The notes under the pieces: model-generated
The model's input: the letters and a program-made list of their open reading frames with translations, nothing else
The model's database searches: none
Told to the model about the DNA's origin: nothing
In this document: in pieces, positions 9,744 through 18,322 of the stretch
Position numbering within the stretch: the first letter of the stretch is position 1
Layout: every line of letters starts with the position of its first letter
Translations under genes and position numbers: made by a program
From: a bacterium
GTDB lineage: Bacteria > Patescibacteriota > UBA1384 > JBDRDK01
DNA length: 58,832 nt
Reading direction: 5' to 3'
Assembly (NCBI GenBank): GCA_043820855.1
Contig: JBDRDK010000001.1
Coordinates: 1-58,832, forward strand

Positions 9744-10809
9744 TACTCTTCTCCTTTATTGTGGTTTTTAGTTTATTGATTATATCAACGGGATATGGAT
9801 CGCACGCGTTTAAGATTGCTAAATAATAACTGACTAGGTCGCCTAAGTAAATCAGGGCTGTAGCTTCAACTAGCGGCGAATCGGACACAAAGTCAGCAGA
9901 AATTACCTCTATAGATATTTGTTTGGATTTGAGGGTTTTTTGAAAAAATTCCTGACGCAGCTTAGATTTGGGATGATTTAATTTGGATTGCAGTATAATA
10001 AAAGCCAACTTATCTTTTAATTCTGTTGGAAAATCTAAGCCGACAAGACTATTATGGCTTGATTCTGGTATTATTTCAGCGTATGCAGCAGATTTAGCAT
10101 TTTCATTTACCTGGGTTTTCCATCTTACAGCAACGCTTTCCAAAAATTCAGTGCCGTAAATTATCGGAATTTTGCCATATAGTTTTTGAGCTAGCTTTTT
10201 TGCACGATTTTTTGGGGCTGGAACGTCTCGGTTAAGTTTAATGTGTTGATTTTTCAACATAGAGAGTGTGGTATTTAGATCTTGTTCAGCGATATCAATA
10301 ATATTTAATTTTTTTAAAATTCCAATTACTGATATTAATAAATAACCTAGAGCAGCTCTAGGTGGAGATTTATAAGCAAAACGATAATAAGGTACCCGAT
10401 ATTTTAATGCTAATTTTTCCAACTCCCCGCCCGTAGTAACAGCCACTAACTTTGCGCCTCGTTTGTAAGCTTCAACAAAACCATCAGTAACTTCTTCGGT
10501 GTTGCCGGAATAGCTTATAGCAATAACTAATGTTCTGTCATCTACAAATTCTGGAATTCCATAATTATGGTGAGTGTGTATGGGTATTTCACTGGTTTTT
10601 AGTGTAAGACCTCGGGCTAGCTCGCCGCCAATACCTGATCCACCCATACCAAGTATTATTACTTTATTGGCTTTTAAGTAATATGAAGGCAATACTAATC
10701 TATTGATTTCTGTCCATGTATTTTCAAATTGGTCGGGTAGTTCACTAATATTTTTGTATAGATCCGAGGGATCTAATTGTTTGTATATACTTAAATCATC
10801 AAGATTCAT
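9736..10809 (-). CDS. bifunctional phosphoglucose/phosphomannose isomerase (SIS-domain PGI/PMI family)
   Basis: SIS motif ILGMGGSGIGGE, ISYSGNTEE; about 350 aa, typical of the short archaeal/bacterial PGI/PMI family; SD CAGGAG before the ATG; 8-nt overlap with eno. Confidence 0.8.
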   Translation of the reverse strand: MNLDDLSIYKQLDPSDLYKNISELPDQFENTWTEINRLVLPSYYLKANKVIILGMGGSGIGGELARGLTLKTSEIPIHTHHNYGIPEFVDDRTLVIAISYSGNTEEVTDGFVEAYKRGAKLVAVTTGGELEKLALKYRVPYYRFAYKSPPRAALGYLLISVIGILKKLNIIDIAEQDLNTTLSMLKNQHIKLNRDVPAPKNRAKKLAQKLYGKIPIIYGTEFLESVAVRWKTQVNENAKSAAYAEIIPESSHNSLVGLDFPTELKDKLAFIILQSKLNHPKSKLRQEFFQKTLKSKQISIEVISADFVSDSPLVEATALIYLGDLVSYYLAILNACDPYPVDIINKLKTTIKEKSSE

Positions 10810-10844
10810 ACTGCTCCTGATCGTTATGTTGTCACCTTAAATCA

Positions 10845-10853
10845 ATATTATCA
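10845..10853 (-). promoter_or_regulatory. possible extended -10 promoter (TGaTAATAT) for the pgi-eno-gpmI operon
   Basis: The minus strand reads TGATAATAT about 35 nt upstream of the pgi/pmi ATG. Confidence 0.35.
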
Positions 10854-10892
10854 CTTTTTACCAGAAAATAAAAAATAATTAATTCTATTATT

Positions 10893-11095
10893 TGGTGGAC
10901 TGTACCGGATTCGGACCGGTGACCTCTACAATGCGAATGTAGCGCCCCGATTGCCAAAGTATGGTGGAGACAGTGGGATTTGAACCCACGACCTTCGCAA
11001 TGCGAGTGCGACGCTCTACCACTGAGCTATGTCCCCATACGGCGGGAAGGTCTACCAACTGAGGCCCAAAGGGTGGTCGTTGACCCTAACAGCCC
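10893..11095 (-). other. split tRNA-Ala(CGC)-like cloverleaf whose two halves flank the intact tRNA-Ala gene
   Basis: 5' piece (11095-11070): GGGCTGT TA GGGT CAACGACC ACCC T. 3' piece (10942-10893): CTACA TTCGCAT TGTAG AGGTC ACCGG TCCGAAT CCGGT ACAGTCC A CCA. Joined, they give a 76-nt cloverleaf with G3:U70. T-loop position 55 is C and the D-loop lacks GG. Confidence 0.45.
10962..11036 (-). tRNA. tRNA-Ala (anticodon CGC), CCA encoded
   Basis: GGGGACA TA GCTC AGTGGTA GAGC G TCGCA CTCGCAT TGCGA AGGTC GTGGG TTCAAAT CCCAC TGTCTCC A CCA; G3:U70 alanine identity pair. Confidence 0.9.
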
Positions 11096-11105
11096 ATCAA
11101 AGATA

Positions 11106-11114
11106 ATTTTAGCA
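11106..11114 (-). promoter_or_regulatory. possible extended -10 promoter (TGcTAAAAT) for the tRNA-Ala transcript
   Basis: The minus strand reads TGCTAAAAT, ending 10 nt upstream of the GGGCTGT 5' piece. Confidence 0.4.
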
Positions 11115-11122
11115 TATTTATC

Positions 11123-11151
11123 TTGAAACAAGCTCCAAAAAGCAGTATAAT
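11123..11151 (+). promoter_or_regulatory. sigma70-type promoter for tRNA-Leu(CAA)
   Basis: TTGAAA (11123-11128), 17-nt spacer, TATAAT (11146-11151); the tRNA starts 13 nt downstream. Confidence 0.6.
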
Positions 11152-11163
11152 CTATGTGTATTT

Positions 11164-11249
11164 GGGCAAGTGGCGGAACGGTAGACGCGTAGGTCTCAAA
11201 AACCTATGAGATTAATCTCATGAGAGTTCGATTCTCTCCTTGCCCACCA
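11164..11249 (+). tRNA. tRNA-Leu (anticodon CAA), class II with long variable arm, CCA encoded
   Basis: GGGCAAG...TAGGT CTCAAAA ACCTA, variable arm GAGAT/ATCTC, GAGAG TTCGATT CTCTC, CTTGCCC A CCA. Confidence 0.9.
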
Positions 11250-11294
11250 TTCGACTCACATTGTTTGCTCATGGCTTTCAGCCGAGATTATACA

Positions 11295-11322
11295 TTGACG
11301 AGTAGAATGTCCTAAGTATAAT
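11295..11322 (+). promoter_or_regulatory. sigma70-type promoter abutting the sortase start
   Basis: TTGACG (11295-11300), 16-nt spacer, TATAAT (11317-11322). Confidence 0.5.
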
Positions 11323-11325
11323 CGA

Positions 11326-12018
11326 ATGACAATTATCATGCTAAAAAAACTTTGGGAATTTATTAGGTTTATTGTGATTTTTCTACTCTTTTTCGGGTTG
11401 ATTTATGGGGTTTTGAATTACCCAGCACTTTCTAATTATATGTCACATTATCAAGAAAGAGGTGAACATGTTGTTAATTTGCACAATAAAAATATTTTTA
11501 CTGAAGAAGAAGCTAAAACAATTCCCAGTTCTCCAGAAAATCACTTAGTTATACCGGTGTTACATATTGATGTGCCCATAATCTGGGAAAGTAAAGAAAG
11601 TGAGATACTTAAAAATCTAAAAGACGGTGTAGTTCGATTTCCAAATACTGCATTTCCGGGTGAGATAGGTAATGTGTTTATAGTTGGTCACTCGTCAAAT
11701 TGGTGGTGGGATAAAGCTAAATATAATAGTATTTTTGCAGCACTCGGTAGGCTTAAAAAAAATGACGAGATACTAATTAACTACAAAGACCAGCAGTTTA
11801 TATATCAGGTAATCGGTAGTTCGGTTGTGATGCCTGATCAAACTGAAGTTTTGGAAAGTAGTGATAACAGTATTATTAGTTTAATGACGTGTACCCCAGT
11901 CGGTACAAACTGGAAGCGATTAGTAGCAACAGCAAAGCAGGTTTGGCCAGAACCTAATACAAATCAAATAAAAGACGATTTAAGTCCTAACGTAAATAGT
12001 TTGCCAAAGATCCGTTAA
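11326..12018 (+). CDS. sortase family transpeptidase (start may be the ATG at 11338)
   Basis: N-terminal TM; catalytic triad context VGHSS (His), LMTCTP (TLxTC Cys) and KRLVAT (Arg). Confidence 0.85.
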   Translation: MTIIMLKKLWEFIRFIVIFLLFFGLIYGVLNYPALSNYMSHYQERGEHVVNLHNKNIFTEEEAKTIPSSPENHLVIPVLHIDVPIIWESKESEILKNLKDGVVRFPNTAFPGEIGNVFIVGHSSNWWWDKAKYNSIFAALGRLKKNDEILINYKDQQFIYQVIGSSVVMPDQTEVLESSDNSIISLMTCTPVGTNWKRLVATAKQVWPEPNTNQIKDDLSPNVNSLPKIR

Positions 12019-13382
12019 CGGATAGAACCAAATCTTAGCACCCCATTTTTTAGTAATAACAACTCGGAATAATCTTTAGAGAACTCATATTTTGTATCTA
12101 TATCAATATTTGTTATTTTTGTGGCATGTCCCGATAAATCTGATAAAGTTAATTCATTATTGGAGAAAAAGTATATATTATATTGATTAAAGAAGAAGTT
12201 TGATTCATTTATTGGATGACTTAATCTCCTAAGGATATAATTTTCCTCTGGTTGATTAAAAATATCTTTGTTATTTTTTTGATATATCCATAGTTCGTTG
12301 TTTGTATAATATGTGAGTGCCAGTTTTTCACCAAATTCAAGCCAGTTACGGTCATTTGTCCAATTAAAGTTTTGTACTTGTTTATCTAAAAGCACTAAAT
12401 TTCTATCATCATAAATATATAGATCATTGTTTTTATTTAGTATGGAGAACTGTTTATCTTTTGAAACCTTTAATTTACTAGGTGAAGCTATATCTAACTT
12501 ATCTTCTATAGTTTTTATATAATAATTATTAAAGTTGATTTGAAGTATTTGATTTTTATCGTAAACGTTTTGAATAGCATATATATAGGAATTTAAGTAA
12601 AAAGCAACAATATTTTCTGCAATTTTTGCGGATTGTTGATTTGTAATATTGTAAGAGAGCAAATTGTCTCCCGACCGTATTATTATTGTATTTTTATTGA
12701 TTCCCAAATCATCGATTTTTTCAATAGATAACTGCTGGTTCAAGTCATAATAATTTCCGGTCTTCCAATTTAGCACATAGTATTTCTGTTCGGACTTAAT
12801 AATTAAATGATCGCTGTTTATGGGTTCGATGATTCGTGATTTTAAATTAAGATCGTTGATTTGATGAATACTTTTGAGCTTGTTGTCTTTCATGTCTAAA
12901 GTACCGATATTTAATCCTTGATTATCGTATAGTACAAAACAGTTGTTTTTATCTTTTATTTTAAAATCTATGATTTTTTTGGGACCAATTTCATCAAAAT
13001 TCTGACTTTCTAAGAGTAGTAAAACATCTTTTATTTTAGTACCCAAACCTTCATAAATTGTTATAGTTTTGCTGATGGTTTTGTAGCCGTCTTTTTTGAT
13101 TTCTAAATCGTACTTTCCTGGTAATAAATATGAAACCCTTAACGGTGTACGACTGCCTTTATATTCTTTTTCTAAAAATACGTCAACAGATCTTGGGTTG
13201 GTTTGTACATATAACAAACCAGTTTTTTGTATTTTTCCAGTTTTAAAATTATAAGCATAACCCGATGCCCTGAAAATTAAAAAACTGGCAACTATGACAA
13301 ATCCGATAATCACGATCAGCCAAACAGAAATATTTAGTAGTAATCTTTTACTTTTTTGTATTTTTTGAAAAAATTTTTTCAT
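12015..13382 (-). CDS. membrane-anchored PEGA-domain protein
   Basis: N-terminal TM, then a PEGA-like module (VDVFLEKEYKGSRTPLRVSYLLPGKYDLEIKKDGYKT) and a long repetitive beta-rich region. Confidence 0.65.
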   Translation of the reverse strand: MKKFFQKIQKSKRLLLNISVWLIVIIGFVIVASFLIFRASGYAYNFKTGKIQKTGLLYVQTNPRSVDVFLEKEYKGSRTPLRVSYLLPGKYDLEIKKDGYKTISKTITIYEGLGTKIKDVLLLLESQNFDEIGPKKIIDFKIKDKNNCFVLYDNQGLNIGTLDMKDNKLKSIHQINDLNLKSRIIEPINSDHLIIKSEQKYYVLNWKTGNYYDLNQQLSIEKIDDLGINKNTIIIRSGDNLLSYNITNQQSAKIAENIVAFYLNSYIYAIQNVYDKNQILQINFNNYYIKTIEDKLDIASPSKLKVSKDKQFSILNKNNDLYIYDDRNLVLLDKQVQNFNWTNDRNWLEFGEKLALTYYTNNELWIYQKNNKDIFNQPEENYILRRLSHPINESNFFFNQYNIYFFSNNELTLSDLSGHATKITNIDIDTKYEFSKDYSELLLLKNGVLRFGSIR

Positions 13383-13504
13383 TATTAGCTTTTATCATCT
13401 TATCAAAATATTTCTTTTTTTAATAGATAAGCTAGGTTTTATATATAATTGAACATTGGTGTATAATCAGGTATGATGATATTCTATAATAGAAAACAAA
13501 CAAT

Positions 13505-14518
13505 ATGTTAGTAAAAAGCTTAGGAATAGATTTAGGAACAACAAACACTTTGGTATATGTACCAAAGAAAGGTATTATTATAAATGAACCCACTGTTGTT
13601 GCGTTGTCAACTGCAGATAATAAGATTTTGGCAGTAGGACAAACTGCAAAAGATATGTTGGGTCGAACTCCAGAAAGTATTATCGCCAACCATCCGCTTC
13701 GTGATGGCGCAATAGCAGATTATTTTGTAACCGAAGCACTGTTAAGATATTTTGTTAATAAAGTGATTGGTGTAGTGCGGCTTTTTAAACCAGAAATTCT
13801 CGTGTCTATTCCAGCAGGATTAACCTCGACAGAAAAACGAGCAGTAATAGATGCAACCACTCATGCAGGAGCTAAAAACGCGTATGTAATCAAGGAGCCT
13901 ATAGCTGCTGCTTTGGGAGCTGACATACCTATTGCAGCACCATCAGGTCATATGATAATTGATATTGGAGGAGGTACGACTGAAGTTGCTGTACTGGCTT
14001 TGGGTGATATAGTAGCTTCTTCATCAGTCCGGGTGGGAGGTATACGGTTTGATCGAGATATCGCATCATATATTCGAAAAAAATATAATTTGATTATAGG
14101 TGAGAGAACTGCTGAAGAATTAAAAATCAAAATCGGTAGTACCTTGCCTTTAAAAAAAGAATTAAAAATGGAAATATCTGGTTCGAATGTAATTTCCGGA
14201 TTGCCTGAAAGTATCATGGTGTCATCTACTGATGTGGCTGAAGCTTGCAGAGATGGAATGAACGAAATTATTGGGGCAGTAAAAGAAGTATTACAGCACA
14301 CACCTCCCGAGCTTTCAGCTGATGTTATTGATAAAGGAATTGTGATTACAGGTGGGGGAGCATTACTTCGTAAAATTCACGAGTTATTTAGCAAAGTTAT
14401 TGGTGTAAATTGTGAAGTTGCTGAAAACCCATTATTATGCGTTGCAAAAGGTACAGGTATTGCTGTAGAAAATCTGGCAGCATATAAAAAATCAATTTTG
14501 TGGGCAAAAAATAAATAA
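13505..14518 (+). CDS. mreB: rod shape-determining actin homolog MreB
   Basis: LGIDLGTTNTLVY, IIDIGGGTTEVAV, ITGGGALL; 337 aa. Confidence 0.95.
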   Translation: MLVKSLGIDLGTTNTLVYVPKKGIIINEPTVVALSTADNKILAVGQTAKDMLGRTPESIIANHPLRDGAIADYFVTEALLRYFVNKVIGVVRLFKPEILVSIPAGLTSTEKRAVIDATTHAGAKNAYVIKEPIAAALGADIPIAAPSGHMIIDIGGGTTEVAVLALGDIVASSSVRVGGIRFDRDIASYIRKKYNLIIGERTAEELKIKIGSTLPLKKELKMEISGSNVISGLPESIMVSSTDVAEACRDGMNEIIGAVKEVLQHTPPELSADVIDKGIVITGGGALLRKIHELFSKVIGVNCEVAENPLLCVAKGTGIAVENLAAYKKSILWAKNK

Positions 14519-14530
14519 TAAATCTTAAAT

Positions 14531-16003
14531 ATGGAGGGGTTGTTGTTTTACAGTCTGGTAGTATTTTTTGGATTTTTAATCTGGTACTTTATATTTAAAA
14601 AACCTCTATGGGTTGTTTTATTTTTAGTGCTACTTCTACCGTTTCATGCGTTTTTAGTAACCTCATTTGATTATTTTCTAAATTTAAATTCTACACAAGT
14701 ATCTATTTTAGCTTTCTGGAAAGAATTTATTATACTTAGCTTTTTCATAAAGATAATATATAAAAGCGTTTCTTTATCTAAACTACCTTTTAAGTTTAAG
14801 TGGTTTGATTACTGTATTTTTGGACTTTTTGTATTATCTCTAGCAGTGAATTATATTCAAGATATACCGTCTTTGATGACTGCTTATGGACTTAGATATG
14901 ATTTTCTAATGTTTGGAGTTTATTTTGTATTTAGAAGTTTGAATTTTACCGATGAAGAATTAATGAAAATCATCAAAGGTTTTATGTGGTCTGGTATTAT
15001 TGTGGTCGGATTTGGCTTGCTACAAAAACTGTTGCCACCAGATTTCTTGACTAATTTTGGTTATGCAGCAGTTACTGATTGGCATCCAAAAAATCTACTT
15101 AGTTTGCCTGCTTATTCATATATTCACGAAACAAATACTCAGAGGTTGCAATCATTTTTTTCCGGACCAAATGCTTTAGCGTCATATTTAGTTATTTTAT
15201 GGGGATTGTGTTTATTTAATATCGCTAGAGCCAAGATAGGTAAAGGTCTTATATTTTATATTATTTATATACTTGCAATTGGAGTTTTATTGTATTTAAC
15301 TTATTCAAGATCAGCTTGGATAGCAGTAATTATACTCACAATACTATTTGTGTTAAGTTTATTTAAAGAATGGCGAACCCGAATACTAATAATAATCATT
15401 TTATTTTGTAGTAGTGTTGTAGGAATTTTGAGTTTTAGCGGAAATCTATCAGAAAATATACTAAGAACTAACTCGTCTTTAAGCGGACACTTAGTACGAA
15501 GTGCTGCTGCAGTATATTTGATCAAAAATAATCCTGAAGGGTTAGGTGTTGGTACTGCTGGACCCTCGAGTTTAAGATTTGAACAAAATTATACTGAAAT
15601 CCCTACTGAAGCTTATCCCGAAATCAAAAAATATCTGCAAATTATTGGTATTGATTCAAATCCTTCAAGCTATCACTTTGTCTTAAGGGATTCACTGGTA
15701 CCTGAAAATTGGTTTTTACAAATCGGTGTTGAAATGGGTATTCTCGGATTAAGTATGTTTACTGCAATAATTTTCGGAATTTTTTGGAGTATGTATTATG
15801 TTTACACTAAAGTAGCCAACTATTTCCATAAAGAGTTTATTTTGATATGCTTGTTTATTGGAATTAGTTTGGTAACACACGGTTTATTTCTGCATACTTG
15901 GTCCGATGCGCCAACCACAATACTTTATTGGATATTGGTGGGATTGGTATTTTCAACAAATAGGGAAGTTTTTAATGGAAAAAATCAAAATACTGGGAAC
16001 TGA
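14531..16003 (+). CDS. O-antigen ligase/polymerase (Wzy_C)-like polytopic membrane protein
   Basis: More than 10 TM helices; LTYSRSAWIAVII loop motif typical of the O-antigen ligase family. Confidence 0.7.
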   Translation: MEGLLFYSLVVFFGFLIWYFIFKKPLWVVLFLVLLLPFHAFLVTSFDYFLNLNSTQVSILAFWKEFIILSFFIKIIYKSVSLSKLPFKFKWFDYCIFGLFVLSLAVNYIQDIPSLMTAYGLRYDFLMFGVYFVFRSLNFTDEELMKIIKGFMWSGIIVVGFGLLQKLLPPDFLTNFGYAAVTDWHPKNLLSLPAYSYIHETNTQRLQSFFSGPNALASYLVILWGLCLFNIARAKIGKGLIFYIIYILAIGVLLYLTYSRSAWIAVIILTILFVLSLFKEWRTRILIIIILFCSSVVGILSFSGNLSENILRTNSSLSGHLVRSAAAVYLIKNNPEGLGVGTAGPSSLRFEQNYTEIPTEAYPEIKKYLQIIGIDSNPSSYHFVLRDSLVPENWFLQIGVEMGILGLSMFTAIIFGIFWSMYYVYTKVANYFHKEFILICLFIGISLVTHGLFLHTWSDAPTTILYWILVGLVFSTNREVFNGKNQNTGN

Positions 16004-16724
16004 TGTAAGTAACTTGTCTTTTAATCAAACAGTTTCTAAAATAAAATATTTTATAGATAGTAAAAGAAAAGGATTTGTAGTTACAGCAAATCCTGAAATT
16101 TTATATAGAGCTTACAAAGACAAAAATTATCAAAAAATTTTGAGTCAAGCTTTTTTAATTACTCCAGATGGTGTAGGAGTACTTTGGGCAGCGAGAAGAA
16201 AGGGAATGAATATAAAAGAAAGAGTCACGGGTATTGATTTAATATGGGCTTTGGCAAAATTAGCAGAATCTGAAAAATATAGAATTTATCTTCTTGGCGG
16301 TGAGCCAGCAAAAGATGGAAAAGAAGAAATCGCAAAAATTGCAGCGCAGAGATTAAAACTAATACACCCTAATATTAACATTGTCGGTGCAACCTATGGT
16401 TTCTTAAAGGATCAAGGATCAAAGGAAAAAGTAATTGAGAACATTCAACAAACTAAACCACATTTGCTTTTTGTGGCTTTTGGTGGATCTTCTAGACAAG
16501 AAAAATGGATCGCTAAAAACTTAGATAAATTTAAAAGCCCCTGTGTAGCTATTGGTATTGGTGGAGCGTTTGATATGATAGCTGGTAAATTTAAACGCGC
16601 ACCGGTCTGGATGCAAAAAACTGGATTAGAGTGGTTGTATAGAGTGATCCAAGAACCGAGTCGTATTTCACGCCTTAGGAATGTACTAAAATTTTTATTT
16701 ATTAGTTTTTTTACCAGAGATTAG
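15975..16724 (+). CDS. WecG/TagA/CpsF-family glycosyltransferase
   Basis: MEKIKILGTDVSNLSF, ITPDGVGVLWA, GIGGAFDMIAGKFKRAP, GLEWLYRVIQEPSR. I chose the internal ATG at 15975 rather than the track start at 15906, because the N-terminus then matches the family; it overlaps the previous gene by 29 nt. Confidence 0.85.
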   Translation: MEKIKILGTDVSNLSFNQTVSKIKYFIDSKRKGFVVTANPEILYRAYKDKNYQKILSQAFLITPDGVGVLWAARRKGMNIKERVTGIDLIWALAKLAESEKYRIYLLGGEPAKDGKEEIAKIAAQRLKLIHPNINIVGATYGFLKDQGSKEKVIENIQQTKPHLLFVAFGGSSRQEKWIAKNLDKFKSPCVAIGIGGAFDMIAGKFKRAPVWMQKTGLEWLYRVIQEPSRISRLRNVLKFLFISFFTRD

Positions 16725-16890
16725 CTTAGTCCGCCCGTCCTCCATAGCTTTATGCGAAGGAGGAAACCCGACCTGCGGAGCCACGCACCATTCGGTGCAT
16801 GGCAAGCCACACAGTATTCAGGTATATGGGCAAGCCATGTATCGAATAAGTAGTGCCCTCTGTACCGTATGGTACTGGGGCATAATAAAA
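16725..16890. other. GC-rich, hairpin-dense intergenic block (possible structured RNA or repeat cluster)
   Basis: Hairpins TCCTCC-15nt-GGAGGA (16738-16764), GCCACGCACC-attc-GGTGCATGGC (16780-16803) and GTACC-gtat-GGTAC with an outer TGCCC/GGGCA stem (16854-16882); direct repeat GGCAAGCCA at 16801 and 16829. Confidence 0.4.
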
Positions 16891-16892
16891 TA

Positions 16893-16916
16893 AAGACCTT
16901 TTTGAGGTCTTTTTTG
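16893..16916 (+). terminator. intrinsic terminator
   Basis: AGACC-tttttga-GGTCT followed by TTTTTT. Confidence 0.6.
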
Positions 16917-16940
16917 ATTTATGGTGAGTTTATCGAACCA

Positions 16941-16969
16941 TTGACAAAATAAGATTTTCATGCTATTAT
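16941..16969 (+). promoter_or_regulatory. sigma70-type promoter of the DEAD-box helicase gene
   Basis: TTGACA (16941-16946), 17-nt spacer, TATTAT (16964-16969). Confidence 0.65.
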
Positions 16970-16998
16970 CGTACGATGTGATTGAAGATGGTTATGCG

Positions 16999-17028
16999 GA
17001 CCTCTTTAAGAGGTTCTTTTGTTTTTTT
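16999..17028 (+). promoter_or_regulatory. terminator-like hairpin plus U-run inside the helicase 5' UTR (possible attenuator)
   Basis: GACCTC-tttaa-GAGGTT followed by CTTTTGTTTTTTT, lying between the promoter and the ATG at 17052. Confidence 0.45.
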
Positions 17029-17051
17029 AAGTCCTCGATTACAAATACATT

Positions 17052-18317
17052 ATGAATAGATACGCAACTAAATCGTCCAGTAGACCAAAGTGGTCAAAAG
17101 GACAGAGTACTTTTCATGGATCGCGTAAAAACGGGTCTTATTCGCGCTTTTCAAGAAACAACTCCTCTAGTAATAAATATGGTAGGAGGAATTTTGGTAC
17201 CAAACCAAAAAATAAACAAATAGACATATCAAACTTAATTAATAAAATGTCTATAACAACAAAAGAAGTTGAGGTCTTTACACCCAAACATACTCTCTCT
17301 GATTTTATTGAAAGTCAACCATTTTTAAATCAAGTTATAAAGCGTGGGTACAAAAGTTTGAAACCTATACAGGATGAAATTATTCCGTATATCAGTGATG
17401 GGAATGACGTAGTAGGACTAGCAAATACCGGAACCGGAAAGACAGCAGCTTTCTTGATACCTTTGGTAAATAAAATTTTGGCTAATAGAAGTCAGCAAGT
17501 TTTAATCTTGGTTCCTACAAGAGAACTTGCTTTACAGATCAATGAAGAGCTAAAAAGTATTACACATTCTTTGGGGATTCATTCGGTTGTTTGCGTAGGT
17601 GGGATGAGTATAGGGTTACAGATAAGAGACTTAAGAAGATTCAATAATTTTATTATTGGTACTCCAGGAAGAACCTTAGATCTAATGAAACGAAAGGTGC
17701 TTAAATTAGAAACTGTAAAAAATGTAGTACTTGATGAAGCTGACAGAATGCTGGATATGGGCTTTATTAATGATATTCGGTTAGTTATGAAGAGCGTAAA
17801 CCCACAACGTCAAACCCTATGCTTTTCAGCTACTATGTCTGCAGAAATTAATAAAATTATCAATGAATTTTTGAATGATCCAATAACTATTTCTGTGAAA
17901 ACTAGAGATATAGCTTGCAATATCGAACAGGATATAATTAGATTACAGGGTCGTATTAAGATCGACGTTTTACATGATTTACTTAAGAATTCTGAATTTA
18001 GAAAAGTATTAGTATTTGGTAGAACTAAACATGGTGTTGAAGATCTATTTCAAAAACTTGAAAAACGTGGAATTAAAGCCGGATCTATACATGGAAATAA
18101 AAGTCATAACGGCCGACAAAGATCATTGAAGAATTTCAAATACGGTTTTATTAACGTACTTGTTGCAACTGATGTTGCCGCTAGAGGGCTTGATATAGAT
18201 AATATAAGTCATGTTATAAATTATGAACTTCCTGAAAATTATGATGATTATATTCACAGGATAGGACGAACAGGAAGGGGAGATAAAAAAGGTAAGGCGT
18301 TAACATTTGTTAATTAA
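17052..18317 (+). CDS. DEAD-box ATP-dependent RNA helicase with R/S/K-rich N-terminal extension
   Basis: ANTGTGKTAAF (motif I), PTRELA, VLDEADRMLDMGF (DEAD), SAT, ARGLDI, HRIGRTGR. Confidence 0.9.
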   Translation: MNRYATKSSSRPKWSKGQSTFHGSRKNGSYSRFSRNNSSSNKYGRRNFGTKPKNKQIDISNLINKMSITTKEVEVFTPKHTLSDFIESQPFLNQVIKRGYKSLKPIQDEIIPYISDGNDVVGLANTGTGKTAAFLIPLVNKILANRSQQVLILVPTRELALQINEELKSITHSLGIHSVVCVGGMSIGLQIRDLRRFNNFIIGTPGRTLDLMKRKVLKLETVKNVVLDEADRMLDMGFINDIRLVMKSVNPQRQTLCFSATMSAEINKIINEFLNDPITISVKTRDIACNIEQDIIRLQGRIKIDVLHDLLKNSEFRKVLVFGRTKHGVEDLFQKLEKRGIKAGSIHGNKSHNGRQRSLKNFKYGFINVLVATDVAARGLDIDNISHVINYELPENYDDYIHRIGRTGRGDKKGKALTFVN

Positions 18318-18322
18318 AACTT

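Noticed and set aside
10893-11095. tmRNA (ssrA) as the explanation for the tRNA-Ala-like acceptor and T-arm with G3:U70.
   Set aside because: The unit is only 203 nt, contains a full tRNA gene instead of pseudoknots and a tag ORF, has an intact anticodon arm, and has no ...ALAA-type tag reading frame.
15906-15974. Track start at 15906 for the WecG/TagA-like gene.
   Set aside because: The first 23 residues (MRQPQYFIGYWWDWYFQQIGKFL) are the alternative-frame read-through of the upstream membrane protein's 3' end. The family N-terminus (MEKIKILG...) begins at the ATG at 15975.
16725-16890. SRP RNA, 6S RNA or RNase P RNA as the identity of the GC-rich block.
   Set aside because: I could not find the SRP domain-IV consensus (GGAA-type tetraloop with AGCA/GGA symmetric loop), 6S open-promoter-like bulge architecture or RNase P conserved regions. 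The block is left as unassigned structured sequence.
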